A DNA stretch of 64,000 nucleotides. It comes from a virus. Taxonomy: Duplodnaviria; Caudoviricetes. Where the stretch lies: positions 32,001 through 96,000 of the IMG/VR virus record IMGVR_UViG_3300032030_000007. One strand, written 5' to 3'. Positions within the stretch are counted from its first letter, which is position 1. The number at the start of each line of letters is the position of its first letter. The position numbers and the translations under genes were made by a program. This document shows, piece by piece, positions 51,905-64,000 of this stretch. The notes beneath the pieces are model-generated. The model had not been told where the DNA came from. It searched no databases and was given only the letters and a program-made list of their open reading frames with translations.

Positions 51905-52393
51905 ATGAATTACACTAAGCTTTATGGTGTTGAAAATTTTGATAAATATGATAATAAATATGCTATTTATCTAAAAAACAATATCACAACTAAAATTGTA
52001 TATAAATTGAATTCTTCTATAATTGAAAGATTAAAATCAAAATATCCTTTATATAAAATATATAAAAATATAGAAGATGAATCATATATATTAATTGGCA
52101 TTAATAAATTATTTATTCCTATATATGGTCATTTTTATAATAATGCAGATTATTTAATAGCAAAATATGCAACAAGTAATTACGATAATGATAAGTATAT
52201 GATAGTTAAAAAATATGAAGTATATTGTAATGAATATAATCATCCTGCATTATATGTAACATTAAACGAATGCAAGAGAAAAATTGTTGCATTAAAAACA
52301 GATATTGAAAATATAACATATTCTGGAGAAATTGATTTATCTGAATATAATACAAATAAATATGAAGCTATAAATCCCGAAGAATTTGAATAA
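51905..52393 (+). CDS. Hypothetical protein
   Basis: 162-aa ORF filling the gap between minus-strand genes. Confidence 0.6.
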   Translation: MNYTKLYGVENFDKYDNKYAIYLKNNITTKIVYKLNSSIIERLKSKYPLYKIYKNIEDESYILIGINKLFIPIYGHFYNNADYLIAKYATSNYDNDKYMIVKKYEVYCNEYNHPALYVTLNECKRKIVALKTDIENITYSGEIDLSEYNTNKYEAINPEEFE

Positions 52394-52409
52394 TTCCTCG
52401 GGATATTTT

Positions 52410-53303
52410 TTATTTAAGATTGATAAAATGCGATTCCTTTTGAGGTTCCAAATTAACTTTTTCAGGGTCTTCATTTGGTTCTTCAGCATCTCCATCTCCT
52501 TTAATTCCTGTATCAATATTTGACTCTTCTTTTAGTTGTTTCAATTCTTCAGGTTCTGAAAATGAAATTGGTTCATGAATTTCTGTAGCAGGTATTTGAT
52601 GAATTTTTGGATTCTTTAAATCTTCAATTTCCTTTTTAAGTTTATCAATTTCTTCATTCTTTTCTTTAAAAACAATATTTTCTGCATCTTTATTAAATTC
52701 ATCAAATTCTTTTTCATCTAATTGAACTTCTTCTTTAGGAAGATCAATATCCTCATTATGTTTCTCTGAATCTTCCTGCGGATTATCTTCATTCTTATCT
52801 TCAATCTCATTAGTTATTTCTTCAATATGTTTTTCTTCTAATTGTTCTTTCTTAAGTTCTTCTTGGTCAGACAAATAATTAGTTATCATACTTGTAAGTA
52901 ATAATGCGCATACTGGAAGAATAGCTCCAACAATATAAGTTACTATTACTGTTGCTTGGTCATCTGGGAGACTAGTCCAAATAAATATTGGTTCTTTGAA
53001 ATATATAAGATTTTCTACAGAATTTAATTTCAAATATTTATATGAACTAAATACATTACCAATAACCTGTACTAATGTAAACATCGTCATCAGAACCCAT
53101 GGCATAATACGTGATCTATCTTTAGACGAAGTCAATAAACTAAATAATACAGCAGCTTGTCCAACCTCAAATGCAAATGCCAATATAACAGACATCCAAG
53201 AATTATTAGCTAAACCAAAGAATGATACTGCATGCCAAAAACTTGAGAACGCAACAATAAGATAAAGAACAGCAAATAATGATATATAAATCTTTTGCTT
53301 CAT
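52410..53303 (-). CDS. Membrane protein with ~4 TM helices and acidic tail
   Basis: Hydrophobic N-terminal half; Glu/Asp-rich C-terminus. Confidence 0.75.
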   Translation of the reverse strand: MKQKIYISLFAVLYLIVAFSSFWHAVSFFGLANNSWMSVILAFAFEVGQAAVLFSLLTSSKDRSRIMPWVLMTMFTLVQVIGNVFSSYKYLKLNSVENLIYFKEPIFIWTSLPDDQATVIVTYIVGAILPVCALLLTSMITNYLSDQEELKKEQLEEKHIEEITNEIEDKNEDNPQEDSEKHNEDIDLPKEEVQLDEKEFDEFNKDAENIVFKEKNEEIDKLKKEIEDLKNPKIHQIPATEIHEPISFSEPEELKQLKEESNIDTGIKGDGDAEEPNEDPEKVNLEPQKESHFINLK

Positions 53304-53338
53304 TATACTTATTTATATATTTTATCTAAAAATAATAT

Positions 53339-56087
53339 TTATGTATGTCTTAACACTATTTTATCACAATCAATTATCCTATCAACAATGTAATTATCAA
53401 ATTGTGAACCAACGTAAACCATGGGACCTCCTGATGGATCTACAAAATCAATAGTCTTATTATCTTCAGTATATCCTAATCTCATAAAATTAAGAACATA
53501 TTGATGTTTAGCATCTACTTCGAAATGCCAATATCTTTCATCATCATTATGAACTAAAAATAAGTCAGCACCATCTCTATTAAATAATCTTATTCTTTCC
53601 ATATTTATAATTTTTCATTATAATCCTTATATATAACGGTATAATACGTATTAGATAAAGTTATTCCTAATATAACATTTTCTTGGCGAAACCCACAATA
53701 ATCTAATTCATTATTAAGGAATTCTTCTAATTCTTTTTCACCATTACAAATTTTAGTCTTAATTTTCATGATATTTCATTTAATATAGATTCATACGTAT
53801 GTTTACCACGATATTTGTTAAATACTTCCATTAATACATTTATATAAGTATTTTCCTGATTTATTAATTTATTACAGTTATCAGTTCCCCACCCAAATCT
53901 GTCCTCAGAAAAATCTTGAATTCTTGATTTTGCATGATATATCTGTTCTACTAAATAATATAGTAATTCATTGTATTCATTCTTTGTTATTTCAAATGAA
54001 TGAATATTATTTGAAGCTTTTATTTTCTTAAATAGATTATTACAATCTTTGATATTTTCTAAAAGCTCCTGACAATACTTGATTTGACGTTTTTCTTTTT
54101 CTTTATCATAGTTATCATTATTTATATATTCAATTTCATCATTAATCCAATTTATTTTATGCCGTAAATTGTCTTCATGAAATTTAATAGTATCTAACAA
54201 TAATTTGTAACCAGTGTCTGATAAATCTAATTGTATTTTCATAATGTATTTATTTAAAGTATTAAACCATTTTTGTTTTCTTCTTTTTTCTCTGCAAATT
54301 CTTCAAGCTTATATTCTTTTCTATAATCCTTCATAATAGCTCCGCATTTCTTACAAACCACTACATCTAAAGGATACTGTACATCATCACTTCCATTTCC
54401 CATAACTAATCCAGGAATATTCTTTATAATAAATGCAGCTTCAAACGTTTCATTACCGCATTTATCACATTTAATGTTTTCATAATCAATAGGATTAATT
54501 TTTGGTCCTGTTGGCTTCATTGGCTTACCGCCACCTAATATCATTTCTTCTGTCATAATTTAATATTCAATTTATATTTAACTTATATTTTCTTTAATTG
54601 ATTCATCTGGAATATATGTTGTTATACTTCCGTTCCATTTATCAACAGGAACTCTTATCTTCTTATATCCAAATGTTCTATAATAATATCCATCATCATG
54701 AAGTTCAGTCTTATTTGTCCATGTCCAAAACCATTCACATTCAGTTCCATCTATAAGAATTGATTTATGATGATGTTCAAAATCAAAACAATGTACTAAA
54801 TCATTCCAAACAAAAAGATCTTCAATATCATGCATATAATAATTATCTGCTTTTGGCATATCTATTGTAATTCTTTCGAATTCCTTAATCATTTCTTTCT
54901 GTTCCATTTTTTCACCAGAAGCCCAGTATTCAAAATATTTCCAAGCGAAGTCTGCAGACATTGCATCGTTACCATAATACTTTGAAACAATATCTAATAC
55001 TTGTGGACGAAGCCATTCTTCCCACGTTACAGTTTCAAATACATATCCGCATTCATTATCATATAATTTAATATACACATCTCTATATTTAATCAAATCA
55101 CCAATATCTTCAATCTTAAAATCTTCTAAGAACTGACAGAAAATATCAATAGCAGATGTATAAATACGATTAAGAGATGTTAATGGGAAATGAAAGTAAG
55201 GTTTAATAAATGCCATTGAAGATTCAATTTCTCTATTAATATCAAATGCTGTAAATAAAGTACGTTCGTCAGTCATTCTACCTTTACAGTTTTGCCATAT
55301 TCCATTTGCATGCATATGTGAAGCTATAGTATGACGTCCTATGCAATAACGATAAGACATCCACATGCAATCTTCTTCATAATCAGATAATGGATAATTA
55401 TCTTGATATGCTAATCTTAATGAATATTCTGCAATCTGCTTGTGATGTGATAGTGCATCTTTCAATAACTTACCGTTAATTTTTGTTTCACCAGTTTTTG
55501 TATCAATTGTAACTTTCATTTTTTACAAATTTATGTCATTTATAATCATAATACATTTCAATATTACTAAAATCAGATATTTCTACCATAATTTATTTAA
55601 GTAATCTAATCTTCATATAATTCCCATTTATTCGTTTCTATATTATAAAATTCATTGTTTAACATATGTCCTAGCATTTCCATACGAAATGCCCACCATG
55701 CAGCACCTTCATAAAACATTATTGGATGATTATCTTCAGCATTAAAATCATTACACATATCAATAGTGCTAAGCATAACATTAATTATTAACTGTTTAGT
55801 TTCATCATCTAATGAATTAAAATATTCCGCACCTTTTTTCTTTAATTCAATATTGCTCATGATTCTCCAATATTTTCTTTAAAATTACCTAAAATAATAC
55901 AAACTTCTGTAGCTGTTTTTTCACTACTATCTTCACATTCACTATCTCCATGTGACCAGCCCAAATCTAATTCACCTTCATAAGGAAGACTATCTGGCAT
56001 TATGATTTCTATTTCTGCCTCAGGATTAAACTTTAAAAGATCTTTAATTTTCATAATATTCAACAATACTTTATATAATATAGTCAA
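53339..56087 (-). CDS. Hypothetical proteins 53339-53602, 53766-54242, 54254-54556 (CxxC zinc ribbon), 54578-55519, 55606-55860, 55857-56087
   Basis: Co-oriented ORFs. Confidence 0.6.
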
Positions 56088-56309
56088 ATATTAAATAAAA
56101 TACAAAAGAAGGGTGTTTACCCTTATCTTATAATTTCAGTTTTATATATTGTTGATAATGAATAATGCTCGCCTCTCATGAATTCTTCAGTCTCATATTG
56201 TATATTATCAATCTCTTCTTCAGTCATTCCAATGTACGTTTGTGTAACATCAGAATAATATGGATCTATTGTTGTATATTTTACTATACGTTTCATAAAA
56301 AATGATATA

Positions 56310-57254
56310 TTAATTTAAAAATTTATTACGACAAGTATCATCAGTTATTAATATATTATTTAAATTTTCTATACAAAGTTTTGGTAATTGGTGATCTAAT
56401 TTCTTTAACGTTTTCTTAGATAATGCTCTTAATGTTTTAAATATTTGATTTGCATTTTTCTTTTCACCAGTTATTTCTATATATGCCTTTTCAATTTCTC
56501 CAATATTTTTATTCATTAATGTTCCTTTGAAAAATGCATTAATTTCATTATCTAATTTTTTATAAGCCTTATATACTTGTGAATTTTTTAATACTTTTAA
56601 TGCATCCTTAGGATTTTCAATTTTATCATTATTTTCTTCTAATTCTGCTTTAATTTCTGCAAAGAATGCATTCTTTTCATATCCTAATAATAAGTATAAT
56701 GCTTTCTTTAATAAATGTTCATTAGTATTTGATGAATCCTTTTGTATATTTTGATATAATAATGATTTTGCTGCATTAATATATCCATTATCACCTTTTA
56801 ATAACATTAAATAATTATTATATGCATGTGTTAGCTCATGCATTAATATCTCTTTTACTTTATTAAGGTGATTTTCATATTGATATATGTTTATGACAAC
56901 TTCATCAAATAAAAAATGATCATTTAAAGAATCATTATCAATATATTCACCACCACTATCATCAGATGAATCAATATCAACTATAAGTTTATCAAAAAAT
57001 ATATTCTTAAATGATGTTAAATCATTACTATCGAATGAATATTGATTATCCATCCCTTCCTTTTTTATTTTTTCATATATATATTTTGATAATTCTTCAC
57101 ACCCATCATATATACCATATTTTTCAAGAATAACGCGTCTTCTTGAATATAAATTATTTTCTTTATATTCAATTGCCAAATGTTGAAGCATACTATAGTC
57201 TATATAATCTTCAACAATACTTGTATCATTTATAAAATCAGAAATTAATTTCAC
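56310..57254 (-). CDS. HExxH zincin-like protein
   Basis: ILMHELTHAY plus downstream E (YEKNAF). Confidence 0.6.
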   Translation of the reverse strand: MKLISDFINDTSIVEDYIDYSMLQHLAIEYKENNLYSRRRVILEKYGIYDGCEELSKYIYEKIKKEGMDNQYSFDSNDLTSFKNIFFDKLIVDIDSSDDSGGEYIDNDSLNDHFLFDEVVINIYQYENHLNKVKEILMHELTHAYNNYLMLLKGDNGYINAAKSLLYQNIQKDSSNTNEHLLKKALYLLLGYEKNAFFAEIKAELEENNDKIENPKDALKVLKNSQVYKAYKKLDNEINAFFKGTLMNKNIGEIEKAYIEITGEKKNANQIFKTLRALSKKTLKKLDHQLPKLCIENLNNILITDDTCRNKFLN

Positions 57255-57565
57255 TTCTGTCTTACTTGAACATTAATATTCTTTTTTGCTTCAGATATAC
57301 GTTTATTTGCTTCATCCTGAATTGATAATGCATTATTAAGACCGTTTACTTTTTCTTCATAAACTGTAATCTTTGTGTTAAGCACAGTTATAGAATCATT
57401 TAATACTTTAATAGTAGAATCCATCTTCTGTACATATTCAGTATGATTCTTTTCAGATTCTTCAAATTTAGTTGAATTTGTACAAGATGATGTACATTTA
57501 GACATTCCAAACAATAGCAAAAGTACGATAACAATTATCTTCCAATTTTTCTTTAAAAATTCCAT
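57251..57565 (-). CDS. Membrane-anchored coiled-coil protein (spanin- or lipoprotein-like)
   Basis: N-terminal TM, Cys residues, coiled-coil C-terminus. Confidence 0.5.
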   Translation of the reverse strand: MEFLKKNWKIIVIVLLLLFGMSKCTSSCTNSTKFEESEKNHTEYVQKMDSTIKVLNDSITVLNTKITVYEEKVNGLNNALSIQDEANKRISEAKKNINVQVRQK

Positions 57566-57610
57566 ACTTATTATATCTTTTTATATTATAATAATATAGT
57601 TAAGTCTTAT

Positions 57611-59568
57611 TTAATTTTCTACATATTCTTTAATTAGATTCTGTAACTTTGTAAAATAATATCTATCTACTGGAAATGCAAATCTTCCACCAGGATTACA
57701 CCAGAATCTTTTAATCTTACATTTTACTTTTCCATATTTATTATAACCGTAAGTACCAACTATACATACATATGCCCAATGGTCTGCTTTCTTGCAATCA
57801 TATCTAAGTTCAATATTCCATTCAAATCCAGGTTCCTTTTTAACATTTTCTAATACGTCAGATTTAAACATTGGAAGAAACTCTGTTATATAATCTTCAC
57901 AAAGTCCAAGATCTAAATCTGAATACTTATCGAAAATTTTATTCTCTTCAGGATAATCTGGAATCTGAACATCAATTATTTCAAGAATAAACTGCTCATA
58001 TCCAATATCACGAATAGTCCATTGTTCAGAATCTTTAGGAACAATAATATGCTTCTTAATTTTTTCAAGCATCTTATTTATAGAACGTCCTTTATAATCA
58101 AACCATCGGGAACAAAATGAATTTGAATGATATCCACCAACAAATACATTTATTTTATTGTATTTATCAAACTTAACTTCAAAATCTTCAATACGTTCAC
58201 AATAACTATCATCAACGTATTTTACACGAATATAATTTCTATATTTATTTTCTTCCATAATTACACCATTGTTCTACATCATTTATTAATAAAGGATGTT
58301 TACTAAGAAGCCATAAAATATTTTCCTCTATATTTTTCAAAATTCATTATCATACATATAAGAAGATCATTACAATAAATAGTTCCATCATTTATTTTAT
58401 TTTGTAGTAACTATTTAATATTCATAATTACAACAAATTTAATTTATATTAAATATCTTTTTCTTTTTACCACATTTATTGCAAATATATTCTGTATAAT
58501 GCTCTTGCCATGAATTATAGCAACCATCTCCACTAAAATCAGATTCTGTATGAGTAATAACACCAGTACAAGAATACTTATAATTATGCTTACAAAAAAG
58601 ACGTTTTAAAATATTCATAATCACAACATTTTAAAGTTCTTTCATATATAAATCATTAATGAATTTTTTCTATATTATTTTTAAGCCATTCTATAGTCTT
58701 AATTGCTATTTCTTTACGGCCATCTTTATCACGTCTACTATATGTAGGCGTATCACAATATTCATTATGACTAGACATATATGAAAGAGTCATATAATAT
58801 AATGTATTCTTTGCAATAGAATCTATATCGTTATCATTAATATCATTTATAGATGCTGCAAGCCAATTACATGCATCTGTTGCAAGATCCTTCATCTCAG
58901 GAATATCAACAAAACTAAAGTCATCTAAATCATGAATGAAATTCCACTTTTCTGGTTTCTCAAAACGAAGATAATCATAAATAGTATAAAACAAATCTTC
59001 GTTACAATTAAAAAGCTCAGCAATATAATGCATATTTAAACTAATTTAAGTACTTTACAAATATTGAATAATTCTTCCTTACTTACATATTCAGGAGATA
59101 CCCAAATTTTTCCAACTTCAACTCGTTTACGTGGCTTACACTGACCATCATAAACATAATCAACAGCATCTACGCAAAACTTAATTGTATTAGGAGCTTC
59201 CATGTAACACCCAATAATCATTCCTTTTCGTGTATTTGATTTATTTGAATGAAAGTATTCAACATCTGTACAAGAACTACCGCTACGATATCCATTGCAT
59301 AAATGTGATTTGCAATAATTAATTATCAAATTCAAATATTCTTGTTTACTCATACTTCAACCTCCTTCATTTCAATTCCATAAATCTTATAGTTACCAGC
59401 TTTGCCACCCCATCTTGTATCTTTATCAAATATTCGTTTCATGGCATTTGTAGCACCTACTATTCCTTTAAAAACTTTAGCATAATAAATATCTGGTGTC
59501 CAAACAAAATATGTATCACCCTGACGGAGATATTCTCCAGAATCCAAATCTTTAATAATATACTTCAT
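57611..59568 (-). CDS. Hypothetical proteins 57611-58258, 58439-58624, 58656-59033, 59036-59353, 59350-59568
   Basis: Co-oriented ORFs after promoter 59613-59640. Confidence 0.6.
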
Positions 59569-59689
59569 AATTTTGAATTTTTTAAATTATTCCTATATTC
59601 ATTTATATATTAAATATAGTATATAACTTAAAAAATTCAAATATTATTTATATTTTGATAAATATATTCAATAATATTTATATTTTCAA

Positions 59690-61441
59690 TTAATCTACAT
59701 TATTTTCTTCATCATATTCAAGTTTTCTATTAATAAACATATTATAAGAACAGCCTGGATATAGTTCCTGTCCAAGCGAATGATAATCAGATGGACCACT
59801 TGGCATCAATTTTTCAAATTCGTCAACCCATTCATTAAATGACCCCTGTCCATATTTCTCTTCATAATCATAAATTGAATCTTCATCCACGTATCTATCA
59901 ATATCGTCTGATTCATATACTTCATATGGGGCATCATATGATTTATGCACAGAATAATAAATAATCTTTTCCAATCCTGGTGCTGCGTCAAATAGTTTCT
60001 TACAATGATCTAAGAATTCTTTATCATCATTCTTATTTTTATTAGATTTCTTTGTTTTCTTTGCAATATTCAACTTATGCTTAGGATCAATTTTCTTCAT
60101 AAGCGTTGATGCAGTTTTTTCAAATGCCTTATAAATATTATCTACAATGTCAGGATCGTCTTTCAATATACCAACATCAATATCATTTACACCAGGATAT
60201 TTCTCATGAATATCATTATAAATTTCTTTTGACTTTTTAAGATATTCATTCTTTGCTGCTTCAAGTTTATCATAAATATCATTATAAATATCTACAAGTT
60301 TATTTTCAAATTCTTGAGCCATTAACTTATAGTTTACATGATAAGCAGTCTTAGCATATTTAACTGTATCTTTATATCCATCAATAGCTTTATACATTTC
60401 ACGAGTCTTATTAAGATCTTTAACATAACCTATGAAATTTTCAGTCATTGTGTATCCTTTCTTACCATATAAAAGACATATATGATAACAGTTATAATAA
60501 GGATATGATGTTATAGAATATTTATCATCCCAATCCTTTGTTATATGTAAACATTTACATTTATCAACATATTCTTCAATAAATGTTTCTTTACTTTCTG
60601 AAAGTCGCATCATACCAATTACATCATCCAATGTAACGTTTTGATTTTCAACATATAATGCAACCCATACATCATAAATTTCCTCAGGCTTCAAATGAAC
60701 AGACTTGCATTTTTTAATGAATTCCTTATTATCAAGTATATCATTATTTTCATAATATGCCTTTGGCGCATATTCGTTTACTTTCTTTGCAAACTTTTCA
60801 AGTTTATCAGCAAATTCATTAAGCGTATGCTTGTTCTTATGAGGTGAACTTATAATAGGTTTTCCATTAAACCCAATAGAATAAAACTTATCAATAAATT
60901 CGTATTGATCTAACCATTTATTATGGTAATCACCAGATTCACTTAACTGATAATGAACAGCCAAATCTGAATTATTAACTACATCAGGTCCATCAATATA
61001 TACTCTGCATTTATTATTCTCAGTATCTTCACATGTTATTTTTTCAAGTTCAAAAGAATACTGACGATCAATATAATAATCAAATCCCATAATCTTCTTC
61101 CCGTTTTCGTATTTCTTCTTTACATCTGTATATGTAAAACGACCGGAAAGTGTATAAACTAAGCATTCTCCATATTTTGATACTTTTGCAACCGCAAATT
61201 TAAGTGTATCATAATACTTTGTCTTAATTTTTTCAAGAGGAGATGAGTCTTTATCTCTATATGTTGACATACATGGAATGATTCGCCAACCACATCCTTC
61301 AGGAAACTCTACACCAAAACAATCTTTAATGTCTGTAAACCAATATTCTTTCTTATAATATCCTTTTGGATCTCTATAATTCTCTGTAAGCCAATCTCCC
61401 ATTTCGCAAATTGGCATATTAAATAATTCGTCTATTGTCAT
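59690..61441 (-). CDS. 583-aa hypothetical protein
   Basis: Long ORF with no recognised motif. Confidence 0.75.
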   Translation of the reverse strand: MTIDELFNMPICEMGDWLTENYRDPKGYYKKEYWFTDIKDCFGVEFPEGCGWRIIPCMSTYRDKDSSPLEKIKTKYYDTLKFAVAKVSKYGECLVYTLSGRFTYTDVKKKYENGKKIMGFDYYIDRQYSFELEKITCEDTENNKCRVYIDGPDVVNNSDLAVHYQLSESGDYHNKWLDQYEFIDKFYSIGFNGKPIISSPHKNKHTLNEFADKLEKFAKKVNEYAPKAYYENNDILDNKEFIKKCKSVHLKPEEIYDVWVALYVENQNVTLDDVIGMMRLSESKETFIEEYVDKCKCLHITKDWDDKYSITSYPYYNCYHICLLYGKKGYTMTENFIGYVKDLNKTREMYKAIDGYKDTVKYAKTAYHVNYKLMAQEFENKLVDIYNDIYDKLEAAKNEYLKKSKEIYNDIHEKYPGVNDIDVGILKDDPDIVDNIYKAFEKTASTLMKKIDPKHKLNIAKKTKKSNKNKNDDKEFLDHCKKLFDAAPGLEKIIYYSVHKSYDAPYEVYESDDIDRYVDEDSIYDYEEKYGQGSFNEWVDEFEKLMPSGPSDYHSLGQELYPGCSYNMFINRKLEYDEENNVD

Positions 61442-61452
61442 ATTATATAAGT

Positions 61453-62366
61453 TTAAATGTCTGAAGTATGAATATTATCGTATTTATAAGTAATATCGAA
61501 AGCAGTTGTACAATTCATATATGGAAACACATAAAGAATATCTTTCCATGTATCTTCCCCATAATGCTTAACGCAGAATTTCAAATCATTATCAAGACAT
61601 GCATAAGGATGATGATCTTTACCCATTTTAACACATTCAAACAACTTAATAGGCATAATGCCACCATCTTTAATTGTACGAATTAATTGTTTAATTTGTT
61701 GTGCAATACTATTAAGAATATGTGTTGTATCAATATCTGATAATCCAAATTCCTTACTTCCAAAAGGACTCATCATAGCATCAAGCAATACATTTGCTTG
61801 ACCAATTCCACCACCAAGATACAAATTATTTTTTATATCTTTAATGCGGTCTTCGTAACTTTTATTATTTAAATCTTCCATTTAATCTTCGTTTTTAATT
61901 TCTTCAATATCTGACTTAGGAATTTCAAATTGCAATTGTAATGTTCTTTTAATTGGCCACCAATTTTTACCTTCACCAGGATAATTCCAATAATGATAAT
62001 TTGATGGTTTATTTACATAAGTTTTACCAATGTATGCACGATTAATCACATTTGCATATCCAATAACAGGAGAAGTACAATAACAAGTCACCAAACAATT
62101 ATCATATTCATCCCCATATTCTGCTAATATATCTTTAAGTTCTTTTACTGTCATATTAATTTAAATTCTTTACATTCACCTATTTTAACATCAGGAAAAT
62201 CTGTAGGTACAAGTGTTACCATAAAACCATCATTATGTTTTAACCATACTTTTAATTCATCATCCCAAATAGGAGGCATTCTATAGCAAAGACACAATCT
62301 GCTATTAAAATAATCACTATTTGTTGCTTCCCTACAAACCCAGATTTTAGTAAAATCTCTTTCCAT
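61453..62366 (-). CDS. Hypothetical proteins 61453-61881, 61882-62154, 62151-62366
   Basis: Abutting ORFs; the last probably starts at MERDF. Confidence 0.6.
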
Positions 62367-62373
62367 TAAATAT

Positions 62374-62553
62374 TTAAAATAACAAATCTTCAATATAATC
62401 AGGTTCTAAACCAAGATATTCCATAAGAATATTGTCTGCTTCAAATGGATCTTCAAGTGAAATAATCTCATCTCTAGTCTCATTAAATAGGACACGTGCT
62501 TCCTGTTCAGTCATTCCATCACGTTCCATTAAAATCTTAATAATTCTATTCAT
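62374..62553 (-). CDS. 59-aa acidic small protein (below ORF-track cutoff)
   Basis: MNRIIKILMERDGMTEQEAR...YLGLEPDYIEDLLF. Confidence 0.7.
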   Translation of the reverse strand: MNRIIKILMERDGMTEQEARVLFNETRDEIISLEDPFEADNILMEYLGLEPDYIEDLLF

Positions 62554-62584
62554 ATCTAATAATTTAATGTATCATAGTTAAAAT

Positions 62585-62767
62585 TTATCCAATATCTCTT
62601 GATTCATAACCACAATTATTGCATATGTATAAATCACAAAACATACCACATTTGATATAAACATTATCTGATTTACATCTTGGGCATATCACCTTATCGT
62701 TTTCTTTATCATATATCATTTTCATATTTATAATATAGTTTGTTTTTCTTATTATTTCATTAATCAT
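62585..62767 (-). CDS. Small zinc-ribbon protein
   Basis: CPRC...CNNC. Confidence 0.55.
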   Translation of the reverse strand: MINEIIRKTNYIINMKMIYDKENDKVICPRCKSDNVYIKCGMFCDLYICNNCGYESRDIG

Positions 62768-62816
62768 AATTTTATTTTTTATTATTAATTATTAAAGATA
62801 TATAATAATTGTTAAT

Positions 62817-63560
62817 ATGAAATCATTAAATAATTACATTTTAGAATCTAAAGAAACTGTTCAACTTAAAGAATCTGGACAGATTGTTTCTTTAGAAGGA
62901 ATTGATGAAGAATTTGCATCAAAAATAAACAACCTTAATGAAGCGCCAATTTATGAATGCTGTGGTTGTGGATGCTGTTGTGGTCCTGAGCCATGTGATA
63001 AATGCTGTGACACTGGTAAGTCATTCGTATTTACATCAGAATATCAAGTTGTTGATAGATTATCATATGTACCTGTTGTAGATGATTTATATCAAATTCA
63101 TTGGCAGTTTGGAAATAAGTTTATGTTCCACCCAGAAAATGAATCTGAAATAAAAGAACCTTTATATTTCAATGGTTCTGTAGAATATTCTATACCAAGA
63201 ATACCTAAGAATTCTCCAGGAATTGTTCAACCTACTGAAAATGCTATAGTTCCATTTAATAAGTCTAAAAAATTATATGACTTTGTTAAAGATCTTTGCA
63301 CAGCATATGATATGAATTATCCTGTTGTTTTAGAACATTGCGGTAAAGTACAATTATTCTTTATTAAGTCAACTGGAGATAATAAGATTGAAGGATCAAT
63401 TAAAGATTCATTAACAGAAGTTGCTAAAGTATTAGGCAAGCTTGATGATAAATCAGAAATAACATGGTCACAAGTATTAAATGTATCTATTGATAATTTA
63501 GATGATTTATATTATTTCTTAATTACTTGTACTGTTGATATGTCAAAATTTAATAAGTAA
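62817..63560 (+). CDS. Putative head-associated protein with Cys cluster
   Basis: N-terminus MKSLNNYILES; CCGCGCCCGPEPCDKCC. Confidence 0.7.
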   Translation: MKSLNNYILESKETVQLKESGQIVSLEGIDEEFASKINNLNEAPIYECCGCGCCCGPEPCDKCCDTGKSFVFTSEYQVVDRLSYVPVVDDLYQIHWQFGNKFMFHPENESEIKEPLYFNGSVEYSIPRIPKNSPGIVQPTENAIVPFNKSKKLYDFVKDLCTAYDMNYPVVLEHCGKVQLFFIKSTGDNKIEGSIKDSLTEVAKVLGKLDDKSEITWSQVLNVSIDNLDDLYYFLITCTVDMSKFNK

Positions 63561-64000
63561 TGAAACAATTAATTACATATATAAAAGAAAATCTAAAACC
63601 TGATATACAAAAGTTTGTTCAAAATGTTTATAATGCTGAATTAAAATTAATTCAGAATAATAAAATAGAACCTATAGAATTTGATGTTACAAAACTTAGT
63701 AAGCCAAAATCAGAATTCTTATATGATAATTATTATAATGACAAACAATTCAAAATGATAATTGATAATAAGATTTTTGGTTTTGTTGTAATAAGTCAGA
63801 TGCTAAAACAGGTTAAGCAATATCTTATTGATGGAGATAAAGAACTTAAACCATCTGCATATCCATATTGGTATCAAGGCGATAAAGGAGTGTATTGCAT
63901 AGGAATGTGTCTTTTTGATAAGAATATTGTTTATAAAGAAAACTACTTAACATTATGCGCAATTGAATCTGCATTATTCGTAAAGAATTCCCAGGATTTA
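63560..64000 (+). CDS. Hypothetical protein, runs off the right window edge; not in ORF track
   Basis: TAATG overlap; MKQLITYIKENLKPDIQKF... open to the end. Confidence 0.75.
   Translation, partial: MKQLITYIKENLKPDIQKFVQNVYNAELKLIQNNKIEPIEFDVTKLSKPKSEFLYDNYYNDKQFKMIIDNKIFGFVVISQMLKQVKQYLIDGDKELKPSAYPYWYQGDKGVYCIGMCLFDKNIVYKENYLTLCAIESALFVKNSQDL

Noticed and set aside
1-64000. TAG-to-Gln recoding (code 15), known in Lak-like phages
   Set aside because: All long genes are intact under the standard code. The few TAG ends (5723, 25935, 33523, 46691, 55606) look like normal stops. Only 25935 is in frame with the next gene, which is not enough evidence. Recoding elsewhere in the genome cannot be excluded.

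Overview
This window is a very AT-rich, densely packed segment of a jumbo/megaphage genome with most genes on the minus strand. It looks Lak-like (inference), and its MDH, IF-1 and BACON-domain proteins resemble Bacteroidales sequences, which points to a gut Bacteroidota host. Recognisable content: Hsp20 (partial) and dnaK; two ADP-ribosylglycohydrolases; a full deamidating NAD+ salvage set (pncA, pncB, nadD, nadE); Nudix and NADAR genes; a radical SAM/SPASM enzyme next to a 952-aa BACON plus Cys-repeat protein; a tmRNA (tag AEEDTFYRMAA) with a GIY-YIG endonuclease at its 5' end; a tRNA cluster in which every readable anticodon is Arg, mixed with odd tRNA-like RNAs; nrdD/nrdG with an endonuclease between them; infA, a DHH phosphoesterase, a gp32-like SSB, mdh, a methyltransferase, likely virion proteins and many small hypotheticals. 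The best candidate for an undescribed system is an unannotated 23-codon Arg-rich leader peptide (MKNIVYINIDNRRRVRRFYKIVM) with mutually exclusive antiterminator and terminator hairpins, upstream of the tRNA-Arg cluster. This would be a ribosome-mediated attenuator that turns on phage tRNA-Arg when Arg decoding fails. Other strong leads are the rSAM plus giant Cys-repeat substrate, the four-step NAD+ rebuilding route and the tRNA-mimic/Y-RNA-like elements. All calls come from manual reading; no database searches or folding programs were run.
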